Positions 26,390 through 37,990 of a stretch of DNA of 64,000 nucleotides are shown piece after piece. The stretch is from Tubulanus polymorphus. Lineage: Eukaryota > Animalia > Nemertea. The notes under the pieces were generated by a model. It was not told where the DNA came from. It saw only the letters and a list, made by a program, of their open reading frames with translations, and did no database searches. The position numbers were made by a program, and so were the translations under genes. How positions within the stretch are numbered: the stretch's first letter is position 1; each line of letters starts with the position of its first letter. The stretch spans positions 7,440,001-7,504,000 of the forward strand of contig NC_134028.1 in the NCBI RefSeq assembly GCF_964204645.1, read 5' to 3'.

Positions 26390-26431
26390 CCACATGATGA
26401 TGGCTGTTAGTCAACATCCGAAACGTTGTGG
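26390..26431 (+). ncRNA. Hammerhead ribozyme motif with core substitution (AUGAUGA)
   Basis: CCAC-AUGAUGA-U-GGCUGUU(AGUC)AACAUCC-GAAAC-GUU-GUGG. The C3>A change is likely inactivating. Confidence 0.6.
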
Positions 26432-26525
26432 TTTCAAAATAATAAATACTATCAGTTTAATTTAATTCGAAGTGTGGGATTTCTTCATTTATCATTTAAC
26501 TATTTTCATGTTCTAATACTTCGTA

Positions 26526-26683
26526 CACTAGACTCCGATCAACGCGGAAAACCGTTCAACTCGGATGTATTTTCAAATCATTTGGACACAAATATGAAAT
26601 ACATAACATCCAACTCAGATATCACTCAAGTCGGACACATTTTACGGCTCCATATTAAGATCCGACTTGGGCGAAGTCTACTG
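26526..26683. mobile_element. MITE family B, copy 2
   Basis: TA|CACTAGACTC...GAAGTCTACTG. Internal aaccgttcaactcggatg is the reverse complement of catccgagttgaacggtt in 57928-58078. Confidence 0.7.
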
Positions 26684-26747
26684 TTTATCAAAAAACCTCG
26701 GTCGATTTACCTGTTTTCTCAAAAATTATGCCAAATTCATTTTCCCT

Positions 26748-26920
26748 GAGTCGAGACGAAAACACAATATCCGTGTATGATGGATAAATGCGAGAAATCC
26801 CACAATAGATACGCCGGATGATGGCTAATAGTCTTTAGCCGAAACGTTGCGCAAATATATACTCTTCTATTCAAGTTTCTCTTTTTGGCTGTATTTAGCT
26901 GTGGGATTTTTCGCGTTTAC
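26748..26920 (+). mobile_element. Penelope-like remnant with hammerhead motif (26812-26851)
   Basis: Tail gagtcgagacgaaaacacaatatccgtg, IR aaatgcgagaaatcccaca/tgtgggatttttcgcgttt, and CGC-CGGAUGA-U-GGCUAA(UAGUCU)UUAGCC-GAAAC-GUU-GCG. Confidence 0.65.
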
Positions 26921-29782
26921 ATTTTCCCTATTAATATCTCTTTCTCGTTCTAATTTTCTCTAGAATCTTCACAGAAAATGGGCCAGAATCTCTTATTCTA
27001 ATAGCTTTCCAAAGGATAATCTAAGGTGATCGAAAAACATTAACTTTACCTTCAGTATCGCTTCGACATCATAAAATCCATATAGCCAGAAGACACTTCA
27101 CGACCTAAAATAGGACTAGAAATTAACGCTTGCAAAGTGCTTCCCTCCTTGTTTCTATAGAAGTGGTCAAATTACGATAAAACAATATTCATAACAACAG
27201 AAACCCGTGTCTCGTGATGTCGAGCTGATTCGGGCTTATTTCGAACGGACGTCGATCAAACAGCGCTGAAATCACGTGGTGTTATTGGTAAGTATAGGCA
27301 AGAGGTTATTACAAAACTAACACGCGATAATCCACCAATCACAATCAGCGCGCCCGTAACTCGATTATACGCTTCGGACGTTTCTCCGATCTCGACACTC
27401 GGCGACTTCGGGAGTTGGAGGGAAACATAAATACAAACGCCCGAAGCGTATTGTCACGAATAACGAATAATCGCTCTCGCTTTACGCGTTAAATTATAAA
27501 CACGTTATCGATTCTGAAATGGTGGAGACGGAATTGGAAAGTAATCCGGTTCCATGTTGTTTACCGCACCATAGAACCCAACAAGCCGCAACCCGTTAGC
27601 TCAAATACTTATCGCGTCGCAGCGGCTATTGTTATTTCGCTTGTTAGTACCGGTCACAAGCGACATTCTTGTATTAATATTGACAATATTGACAACTTTC
27701 GCGCCATATACATCGCCGCAACTTACTTTTATACATCACTTATTCAACAGATATCAAATAATAGCGGGTAAATAATAATTATACCCGAGTTTATTCGTTC
27801 GATACATTCTATGTACGCGTCAACTGTTTACTTTAAGAACCTCATTTTCTCGTAGCTCGAATACGAGTCGCGCTTTCCCTGGAGCGAAAACACGCAAACG
27901 AATGGAAATGTTATGAAGTATATTGGCAATAAGCTATATCGGTTACATCATAAGCTATAGGCTACATTATCCCCATTTTCTACATTTTACTTCTTCTTTA
28001 CTTTTTATTTCAAGGCACTTAATTTCTTCGTTTCTACAGACCACCCCAAATAAAGTTTACTGTATTTCGCATTTTGCATTTATTACACTGTTTTGTTGCT
28101 TTAAATTACATTCGAAAATATAGCATTCATTCATTATGAACTAGGCATAAACGAGAGGCCCGCAACATCAAATCGTGTTCGTCGCTGGCCTTGATGAAAA
28201 CAGTCGCCATGAAAATGATGCAAGCAAGTTTTATATCCAAAGCGAGAATATCAAACTATCCTCACGTATCCAAATAACACGCCAACATCGGACCAATAAA
28301 TTATTGACCTATTCAAAGTGAAAGGTGTGAAATATTTGAAATGATCCTACGATACCGCGGGAAGGGATAGGTCGCGATGATAAGAAGCCCCTATCTCTCC
28401 AAGCGGATAATCTTTCTCTACTTCAAGAAAGGTCACGTTATTCAACAGTTCTCATTAATAGATAAATGAGTTATCGTTTATTTTCGAATCACGGGTGCTA
28501 TCGATGTCGGTGTAAGATTTTCTAAGATTTCTAATTCTGATTCTAACTGATTTCGGCGACTGATACCTATACGAGACTTAAGTTAGACGGTTGTATCATT
28601 TAGGTCTTGAATATTCGCCCTTATTTCACAAATAAACCATTTTACAATTGCTAGCCGCCATTTTGGTAGGCTTGGGTACTTTTGTCCCGTAATGGCGTAC
28701 CCGCAAAACCAGCTAACCTGCCAGATGGCGTGACGAGCAGTAGGTCATCCGTTGTCAAAATTAGTTCGTTTTCAATTAACTTTGAACTGGATTGTCAGAC
28801 TCCCGAATCCATATATTATCTCAGCACCCACCAAATTATACAATACTCATTCTTCATCTCGGATATCGGTGTAGTTTTCATGAATAATTGATTCATTTAA
28901 GAGAAAAGTTCATTCAGATTATTTGATTGAAATGTAGAATAAATTGAACGCGGACAACCATCTGATTGCCAGTGGAATCCTCGATTGCCACAGTAGCAGT
29001 GCGGGTACCCTATTGTTGGGTCATTCTTTTCGATTCTGTAATGCGCCTTTAATCATATATTTCATTGGCCCGTTGTACACCGGCCACTTTCTTCTCCAAG
29101 GCAACCGTTCATCGATAAGCGAGCCAACAAACAAACTATATTATTCAATATTAGGCCTAATTGAATATTGAAGGCATAATGAATATTTACTGTTCTGTAT
29201 TCCGCGATCGACTGAATAGGCCTAATCAAAACGCATAAAACGAATACTAGAACGGTTAGCAAACAATATTTAAGATTACGAATCATCTGTTTTCTTTGCT
29301 CGCTATCTATGGCCAATTTCAGTTCCATATTTTAATTTAGGAACCCCGCGATGCCGATTACTGTTTCTACTACGATTTGGATCCGCTAGTTAATCTCGTC
29401 CGGCGATGAGGTATTTGGCAACGCTAAATCCAGGCTTACGGACTCGCGTATATGGAATCCAGGCAAATCGATTTGCCAGGCGCCAGGTTAACTCCGGCGG
29501 TCGCGAACTATTACGGATAATTGACTACGTGACCCTGTCGAACGGAAATCCTGCGACAGATAAAACCGGGAATGAATGAATTTCAATGATCCAAACTCCG
29601 AATATGCAATTGAAGTTCTGACTTAAGTGCATTGCACTTAATCAACTTAAGCCCTAAACGTACACACGCACACAGACACAGACACAATAACACTCAATGT
29701 ATAAGAAATTGCATACTTTAAATGGCCACAGAACTATTTCATATTCAATCTAGATACTGTCGGTTTTACGTTCCTATATCTA

Positions 29783-29984
29783 AAGCCCAATGCACACGAT
29801 GCAGGAAACCAGGAAACGGTAGAAAGAAACATGTTTTCGGGCATTTCCTGGTTTCGTGTGCGCGTTTATACCAGAAACGAGAAACATGGTTTCGGGAATA
29901 TCGCTTTCGAGATCAGATATGTTTGATCCTGTGTTTTTGTATTTTTGTGTTTCCCTGTTTCCCTACGTCATGTGCGTTGGGTAC
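29783..29984. mobile_element. MITE (Harbinger-like), diverged
   Basis: IRs cccaatgcacacgatgcaggaaaccaggaaac / gtttccctgtttccctacgtcatgtgcgttggg with internal gaaac/gtttc repeats. Confidence 0.65.
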
Positions 29985-32011
29985 TAGGTAATTGCAATGA
30001 AGTCTGTCGGTGCGAAACGGTGCAAAAAAGATTTTGAAATATACTCTCCCCGAGACCAGTTCCTCGTAGTAAACCAACAGTTTCAACTAAACTTTAAATG
30101 ATATATTCGAGAGGCAACCAAACATAGTTTTCTAATTGTAAAAGCACTTTTTACCCCACTTTAAACAGACATTTCGATTTCGTTCATCTCATAGGCTCAT
30201 ACATCGGCTGTATAGTCCGAAGCAAGACGAAATCGCTCGAGAGCTTCGGCAAGGCTTCTTCGCTGGTTTGACAGCGGAACTGCACTAACCTCCCATCAGA
30301 CCACTTCACGCCCGCCATGTATTACGTGGAATGCAATTCAATTGTTCACTTTAGGGTCAGACGACGCGATTCGTAGGCGATCAGAGACGGCTTGAATCCG
30401 GCGATCAACATGAACTCGACTTCGAATCAACGAACTCGTAGAGTGTACCGATAAACGAAAGAATTGGTTTAACCCGTCACGTCGCAGCCTCATATATCGC
30501 CCGTGTTCCAGGCGATGACGACTGTCTGTAGCCTTGAGATAATTTTTTTGAAGAGTCAACCATTTTGCCCCGGAGACAGCGCGTTGGTTTTTACTGATAT
30601 CATATGGCGGTATCGATACAGTGCAGCGTTTACAAAAGGGATTATGCCGTAATAATCGGGTATTAAGCGAAATGTTTGTTTAACTAGTAACGATAGGTTG
30701 TTAAACAGGGATGAAACGAACGAGAGAGTAACGCATTTAATAGACTGGTCGTTGCTTTAACCTTCGGATTTAAAGGATTATCATCGAAAATGTCTGATCC
30801 GATTGAGCGCAGATGTGCGTGATAGGAAGAATCGATACTCCAGGTTTACCGTTGTATACGAAGTCCATGAAAAAGCGGCCGAAAACTCGAGAAAGAAGTA
30901 TTAGAATATATCGAATGTACAATGTAAAATCCGACGATTAAAAGTCGAGGGAAAATTGTCTAAGTTTTCCACTTTCTCGGACTTTTCTTGAAGGGCCTAG
31001 TAATTTACAGAGAGTAAATTCTGGGAAGGTTGACGTTATTTAAATTGTTTTTGTCTCGAACTGAATGAGTCATGGTATTAAATCCATGCCCAGATACCTT
31101 TTTCTTGCAGCATTCTTCCTACACCACGTTTCCGATGTTAACAAGCGCGTTTAAAAAGTCTCAGATCTTCAATTTGATCGGTAAAAGTTTTCGTAAAATT
31201 ACCAGAAACATTAACGCCATTATAATCTGCGCGGAGATGCTGCACAGAGTTCCTATCTCGTTTTTACAACTCTCATTTTATTCCCGAAACGCGACGGAAA
31301 ACGCTTCGAACTCGGTGAAATAGTGATTACGTCGGTGTTTAAAAGCACTTTGTCGTCGGTTTTTATTTTTGTTGAAACTATAAGAAGAACGAGAAAAACT
31401 TCGTCGTCTATAAAGGGATTACGAAACGGGTAGTAACATGTTTTCTAAGATGAAGGGCCACCTGCTCATGACTGCTAACAGGGTCATTATAACGCTGTCA
31501 TCTGATTTGCCACAGCCATAAAACCATATTCTACGCCTAAGCACGTAATCGGCCGATGGAGATTCCCCCGTAACGAGCGACGGTTCTTTTTTTCTTGCTT
31601 TTCCTCAAACACGTCTGCCATGAAATAATCAGTGGTACCGCCGCCGCCGCCGCCGCTGCTGATGCCCGTCTAATAAAAAACGTTGCGCGAGAACTTCGGT
31701 TTTCACACGGTAATCCAGATCAAAACGGATTCCTACACTTTGGTGAAGTCGTCGTTCTACACGGAAAATTCTCCAGTCAAATGGCGACTGTGGGTGGCTT
31801 CTAAAGAGGTTTTTCATGTGACACACCGTAGCAAGTCATTTGGCTACTGCAGTAAAAATTTATCATATTACTATATAGTCGACTGCCGTTCCAGGTCGAT
31901 ATAAAAGTATTCAAACATCATGCGCGAAGTCGGTAAACCCCGAGTTACTGAGAAATATGAAATCCTTCCGTAAGAAAGTAAGAACGTCTGTCTAGATTCA
32001 CTGGCCACCTG

Positions 32012-32149
32012 GGGCTGGTTGCATAGTCATGGCTTGTATTTAAGACCAGTCTGAGACCAACTTAGTTCTATAGCCAATCTAACAACTTAAGACCAGTCTT
32101 AAGATTTAAGACCAATTTTGGACTTAAGTCACAACTGTGCAACTGGCCC
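32012..32149. mobile_element. PIF/Harbinger-type MITE with CTG target-site duplication
   Basis: CTG|GGGCTGGTTGCATAGT...ACTGTGCAACTGGCCC|CTG, with internal ttaagacca repeats. A 3-bp CWG TSD is typical of Harbinger elements. Confidence 0.85.
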
Positions 32150-33409
32150 CTGGGGCTGACCAGTTTCGGCCATGTAAGACGTGCGTCTCGTGCAATTTGC
32201 TTTTGAAAATAAAAGAAATCAATTTACAGGAAAATACCATCGATCAATCGCAATAGAATCGATCGTTTGGTCGGTTTTTTAGTAGTGATAATGACGTGGA
32301 AGGGGGTGATAGGACATGCAGGAATGCAGGGATTGAACACTGCGTCGAGGCAAACATAATTAGACAAAGGACTTTCAGATGAACTATACATAACCCGCAA
32401 CTAACGCCTCATATTTCATTGTTGATTGATGAAATCGTTTGAACCGCGGTGATTTTTCTGCATTCATGCCTTGTCCGTGACATCTATGAGAAAATATGTA
32501 ACGTATAAAGTAACATTCTGGACATTATACAGAAGCGAATTATACGGTCAGTCCAAAACGACTAATTTATTCAATCGTCACAGCTGGACTCGTTGCGGTT
32601 TAAATACCGTCCTCTTAAATTTTCGAAAAACTACGCGCCATTACGAAATTGTATTCATCACCGAGTTACATTTGCTCCAGGTGGTTCATATGGAGGGGGT
32701 GTATTTTCATGTCCCCTCCCCATTTCAATCGACGATTAGGTTTTTAGATCTAATAGGAGTACCAACGAACATATTATCCGCATTTGGGATGTGATAGCCA
32801 TTAAATTGACGTTCAATCCGAAAAATGAAGTAATTCTATACGCCTATTAGTCAACGCAGTTGACTGTTTGCTTTTCATTATATTGTTCGAATCGAAAAGG
32901 GCTACTTCAAATTCACCTGCCTGGCAAATCAAGTAAACAACTCCGAAGCTTTATAAGTAGCGTCCAGTTTCGTCGGTTTTCAATCGATTGAAATATTTGA
33001 AAGTGATCTTGACTCGTTAGTTTAACCATAGACTGACAGCTGATGAAATTCCAACGCTGGAAAAAGTACCAGGTCGATCATATATGGTACCGTTAAACCC
33101 TGTCAGAACTAAGAGCAACGCGACGCTTTACATGATCAACCGATGAACAGCCCGGTATTATCATAAATATAGAATCGATCCATTCAACGACGTGATCCAA
33201 TAATTCCCCCGGTGACAATATGGAAGTTAACGTCAGGGCGACGAGCAGATGTGCGTCAAAATTGTCCTTTTGTAAAAATTCATATAATATATTGGAAAAT
33301 ACTCAAACTAAGTTATCGTGCATGTACGTAGTACTGACAACAGCTAGTGTGCAAACGGCTAAAAATAAAGCGCATAACAAACGTTAGTGAGACGACTCCA
33401 GGAGGCAAT

Positions 33410-33739
33410 CAATAATGATGATAATAACAATTTAACTTCAGCATTTTATAGCGCCCTTTTCGCTGTCATACAATATTCAATGACGCTTTCATTAAAGTTG
33501 GTATTATTACCCCAAGCAGATCAAATCATGTAACAGTCAATTCTGCCCGATGAGAAAAGTGACATCCGAGCAACTACAGGCGCTCAGGAGACATCACGCC
33601 AAAGTATCGATTGGAAACAGGCGATAAGGCTACCTGTTTTGCCCGGAGACACTAGGCCTACGGTAATGTAGGGTTCGAACCGACGATGTGCTTTAGCTTC
33701 CCAGAGTCGAATGCTCTTCGACCACTCGCCAACACCGCT
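33410..33739 (-). mobile_element. tRNA-derived SINE (best-preserved copy) with L2-like 3' tail
   Basis: Minus strand has A box TGGCGAGTGG (33722-33731) and B box GGTTCGAACCC (33671-33681). Body is shared with 40871-41130 (acatccgagcaactac.ggcgctcaggag.catc; ggtattattacc). The 3' end is GGGCGCTATAAAATG followed by an ATT/CAT repeat tail. Confidence 0.8.
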
Positions 33740-34758
33740 GAGCGGTATCAGTGAGGGGGTCAGTAGTAGGGTGATCGTAATTCAACTCAAAAGTGTGGTG
33801 ATGTACTTCTCAGTAAAAACAAAATGGCTAATTTTTTCACACACTGTATTTGATTCTTGACCCGGGCAGAAGCCATAGCCGTACTGTGAAATAGTGAAAT
33901 CGAACTGTTTAAGAGAAATGTGGCAGTTGATGTCAAATTGAAGTACAGCCGACATCGGGTTTGTTTAACCTCAATTTCGACGGAAGGTCATACGCCTCGT
34001 AAACGAGGAGTAATTCTGAAGAGATTTCCGATCTCACTCGTGCGCGCACAGATCCTACAACAACTCCGATAAATGTTCTCAACGAAGCTCTGAAGATTGT
34101 CGCGTTCCGATGGCAATTCGATGCACTTGTTGCGAAACACTTTCGCATTTATACCTTTTATTTATCTGAGCCAGCGAAAAAAAACACGAGCAGCCACACA
34201 CCAGTAGAAAGAAGGGTTTAAGCGGCTTTTTCTTGTTTTGAAGACAAGACGAATGTGAATACCGCATCGCACCGGGCGATAATAGTTAAGAAGCTTAGCC
34301 CGGTAAATCTCGGTAGGGGCTTTAGCCGAAGTTGTTCGTGTGTGCGAGGCGTCGATATTTTTACGACGCCGGCATGAAGAGGAAAGACCAACACTCGACC
34401 GCGGTCGCTTCCGCGTGCGTCAGTCACGATCTCGAGGATCAACCGAATCGAGCGGTCGTGAGCAGACGACAGAAAAACGGTTTTACCGTCGAAAGAAACG
34501 GCGGCGACGTTAAATATATACATATACAGCTTGATGAAAAGAAGATTATTTACCGACGATGAAAAAAGAATAACGAAATGGAAACGAACGTCGATCAGGT
34601 TCAAGTAAGGTTAGAATCGATTAACGAAATGACGATCAAAGGAGGAAAATACGTTTAAGATGGATAACATACTAAATGCGTAATTACGCGGTGTTTCGAT
34701 TTATCATTGGTATAAATAACACAGTCGAAATTTTATGACGGAGCGCGTAAAGCTACGT

Positions 34759-35098
34759 AAGCCCAGGTCGACTTACGACCTATAATAATCTCGTCGGAAC
34801 GGTCTTTTCATCGGGGCCCTTTTCGACATGAGTGCACTTACGACCGCGAGGGATCGATCGCAGACCCGTCGAATCGCAAGCACATAACAAGTTCTATTTC
34901 TACGACCCGATCAGATCGTCGTAGCGAATCAGCGACGAGTTATGCGTCACATGACCTTTAGACTCGACGATGATCGAGACGTCCGAGTGCGCTTACGACC
35001 GTGCGACCTTCGGATCGGCAATCGGCGGTCACGTGCTTACAGTAATACTACGGCAGTTCTTACGATTGGATGATCGGGTCGTAAGTCGACCTTAGCTT
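34759..35098. mobile_element. MITE with ~22-bp TIRs
   Basis: aagcccaggtcgacttacgacc / ggtcgtaagtcgaccttagctt, with internal repeats of cttacga. Confidence 0.8.
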
Positions 35099-35668
35099 TG
35101 CTCAAAACATTCACGACAACGATTGAATTCAATGAATGCAATTTTTTAATGATTTGGAATAAAATCAAGACTTATTCGATACCATGCCTATACAATCCTG
35201 GGTCCAATTCTATTGTTTGCTGCTTAGTTTGAACCTCAGTCCAGCGGATGAACCATTTCTCGTTAGATTTGTAACTAGTTGACTAAAAGCATGAATTTGA
35301 AAGAAAGCAGATATTCTATGTATTCGGTTTGGCCTGTATATTAGGATTGGATCCGATGTGTAATTAAACATACTAATTCATGATTTAAATACGCTGACAG
35401 CCGTGCATCGAAATGAACAGCCCTTTTCTAATTAACAGCTCTGTACACACATAATGAAATATAACAGAACCAGATGTGAGAGACAACGATGCCAACATGC
35501 TGGTTATATCCAGTCAAATACAGGTGATAAACAGTTCTCACTTCATTCGATATAAATAATTAATCGGAATTGGTAAATCTAGGGAGGTATTAAATCGAAC
35601 GTGTTGAACGTTATATTAAATTTGATAATTCAAAGGAAACTTTAGTGCTTTGAAAGTATCTGTAAATA

Positions 35669-36060
35669 TTTTTCGACGCCTTTAAAACCGTTACAGTAAT
35701 TCTTATATGCATTGATACCTAGTTTGCGTTATATAAGGCATTCCGTGTGTCGTGAGTCGATGTGCACTACGTCATCAATATTGGCGTTTCGAAATAGAAA
35801 TTGAAATTTTGAATTATAATTAAACATATTTCACAACTCTTCTTTTATTTCTAATAAATTTTGATCATTATTTTTGAGAGGATGTGCATTACGTCATCAA
35901 TAAATCGGGGCTAGACTGGTTGCCGGTCAATTCAATACTATAATCCATATTCAAATCCGATATTTATTGATCCTTAATATCTGCAATTCATATCATATCA
36001 ATTGAGGTCGACAATATTAAGCAAGGCGTCAATAAACTATCAAGTTAGTTTTCTTGTTTT
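35669..36060 (+). mobile_element. Helentron/HINE-like element, copy 2 (most complete)
   Basis: 5' TTTCGACGCC and subterminal GGCGTCAA about 30 bp from the 3' end, then a small hairpin aaactatcaagttagttt and TTCTTGTTTT. The internal core gatgtgca.tacgtcatcaata is doubled. Confidence 0.8.
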
Positions 36061-36253
36061 TCATCTTAGCTTTGTTTATATCATTTTCTATTGTTTATCT
36101 CCTATTTCTATCTTTGTTGTATTGACAGTCATGTGACTTGATTATGATGAATGAAAAAAACCTTAAAAACTTCGTTATTTTAATATCATTTTTCGATAAG
36201 AGTCACAGTACGGAGTACTAGAATTTAGATCTCCCCCATATCCGCCATATAAT

Positions 36254-36433
36254 ATGGGAATATCTAATTATATGTTTAGTATGATAAAGATGTCTCTGAT
36301 AAAGGAGCATTTCGGAAATCTGAATGATGCTCAGGTTAGAAACAATGCGTTACATTATTTGAGTGGATATGCTATGAAATCTAATAACTATAAAATTTCA
36401 AAAATTAAATTTCATAACTTCAGTTCCGCCTGA
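36254..36433 (+). pseudogene. Possible DNA-transposon protein fragment
   Basis: Open stretch containing VRNNALHYLSGYAMKS, resembling the N.L.Y..GY..K motif of P-element/THAP9-like transposase C-termini. Motif resemblance only. Confidence 0.3.
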
Positions 36434-36572
36434 ATCGAAATGATGTGATTCAAACTTAATTAGGTTCCACAGATTCCTGAGGTTCATCGTCTAACTATCT
36501 AGTATTAAAAAAAGCTTGTATTATAATCATTCTAACTCTTCACGCACAACTGAAGAACTGTAGGGTATCTGA

Positions 36573-36791
36573 GGCTAAGAAATTGATACCTTGTTCCGCC
36601 TTTCTGGTGAGCTTAAAAGTTGACCCGGCCAGCCGCCTATCTACTCTGTATAAATTTTTTTTAAAGTCATGATGAAGCATCCATAACAGACCCGGCAGCT
36701 ATAGAAATGAACCGATAACAAATCTAAATTTCATTGCGATTTATAAAACGATCCGCCGATAAGGAGTTACAACGTAATCATCTTTTTAGCC
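36573..36791. mobile_element. MITE family A, copy 3
   Basis: GGCTAA...TTAGCC termini; reverse-complement homolog of 3578-3798. Confidence 0.75.
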
Positions 36792-36984
36792 CTATTTTGG
36801 AGTTTGCTTAATTCTTTACCGATCGAAGTGTACCCCGCGAGAAGAGAGAATATGTGCAAAATGCAACGCAGCCGTACTTGGAGACGAATATCCTTTTTTG
36901 TTAATTTGTCACTTTTTCAATGACATACGTGCAGCGTACATAAAATCCTACTACAAAATTAGACCAAGTCCTAGACAGGAAGAA

Positions 36985-37190
36985 CTCGTCTCAACTTAGT
37001 TCTTTATATTAGAAAAGGCTTGAAGAAATACTTTTGAACTATTATTATATTTGCCATCTTGTTAAAAACAATTTTTGTAAATCTGTACTTTTTGCTCTAT
37101 GCAAATTATTTTTTGTGAGCAATAAAATATGAATGAATGAATGAATGAATGAGTGAATGAATGAATGAATGAATGAATGAATGAATGAAT
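36985..37190 (+). mobile_element. LINE 3' end with AATAAA and (ATGA)n tail
   Basis: KGLKKYF-like ORF2 end, AATAAA at 37121, and an (ATGA)n microsatellite at 37129-37190. The microsatellite is certain; the LINE origin is inferred. Confidence 0.55.
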
Positions 37191-37794
37191 TTAGAAAGTT
37201 CTTCGCTCCGTTAAACCCGGCCCTGTCGGGTAAGATTCGTCGAATATAAGCATCCGCTATCTGGAATTCGATTTCAAGTTTACCTAACATGATTTTATTC
37301 TTAGCAAACGTTGTTTACGTAGCGATGCTTAACACGTTGTCTCAAACCTTCGAATGTTGGCTAATTTTTTCTTTGTTGCATTTAAATGCATCCACGCGAG
37401 TTTAACAGGGGTATTAAGTATATTTTATCAGCTGTAAAGCATCTTTAATAAATCCCTCAGTTCTTCCGGCAACTGCTCGATTACCTAATGCGAATGTATT
37501 CAACGCCGATTATGCGTCGGAAAAAAGAGTCGTCATTGCACAAATTCAGATTTAAAGATCAGACGATTTTTTTTACTTATTTCCCTAAGTTGATATGCTT
37601 AGATATTCTAATGACGCGTGGCTTTTCCAAACTGTTTTGCTAATTGCTTATTAATTCTCTTTCCAGGAGATAAATCGAATTTACATGCGTTTAAGCAAAT
37701 CGTGTTTCATTATGTAAATTACGTTGTGCGACGTTGAAATTGAATTAGCAGCCCTGTTCACGCGATACGGACTCTTAAACGATTTTATCTCAGA

Positions 37795-37990
37795 GTCCAT
37801 GATTATATAACTCCTGTTCTAAAAGAGCTGCATTGGCTACCTGCTCCAATAAGTATAGAGTACTGCTCATTGTTTTGATAATTTGGCTCCATCTTATCTG
37901 TCTCAACTTTCTGTCACCGTACACCCCTAGTCGTCATCTTAGATCTTGGCGAGTATATTTCATGATAACTGCCCTATACTAAAAAGGAAT
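37795..37990 (+). mobile_element. L2-clade LINE ORF2 C-terminal fossil
   Basis: Frameshifted DYITPVLKELHWLP...IEY / LLIV / NLAPSYLSQL / PYTPSRHLRS matches the hallmark L2 motif HITPVL..LHWLP.....AP.YL......P.R.LRS. Confidence 0.85.

Larger units (their letters stand above)
26218..26493. mobile_element. Penelope-like element remnant: inverted pseudo-LTR pair with hammerhead motifs
   Basis: ~240-bp palindrome 26255-26493 (gataaatgaagaaatcccac/gtgggatttcttcatttatc) plus a one-sided tail (rc CACGGATTATAGTG..CGACT) shared with other copies. A hammerhead core lies in each arm. Confidence 0.7.

Noticed and set aside
27050-27104. Minus-strand segment with good acceptor and donor
   Set aside because: Stops occur in all three frames. 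It could only be a UTR or non-coding exon and is unsupported.
29916-29935. AGATATGTTTGAT resembling the miR-190 5' end
   Set aside because: Only 13 nt match, it lies inside a MITE, and there is no proper precursor hairpin.
33660-33739. Possible second tRNA gene (A and B boxes)
   Set aside because: No cloverleaf, and it is contiguous with a repeated SINE body.
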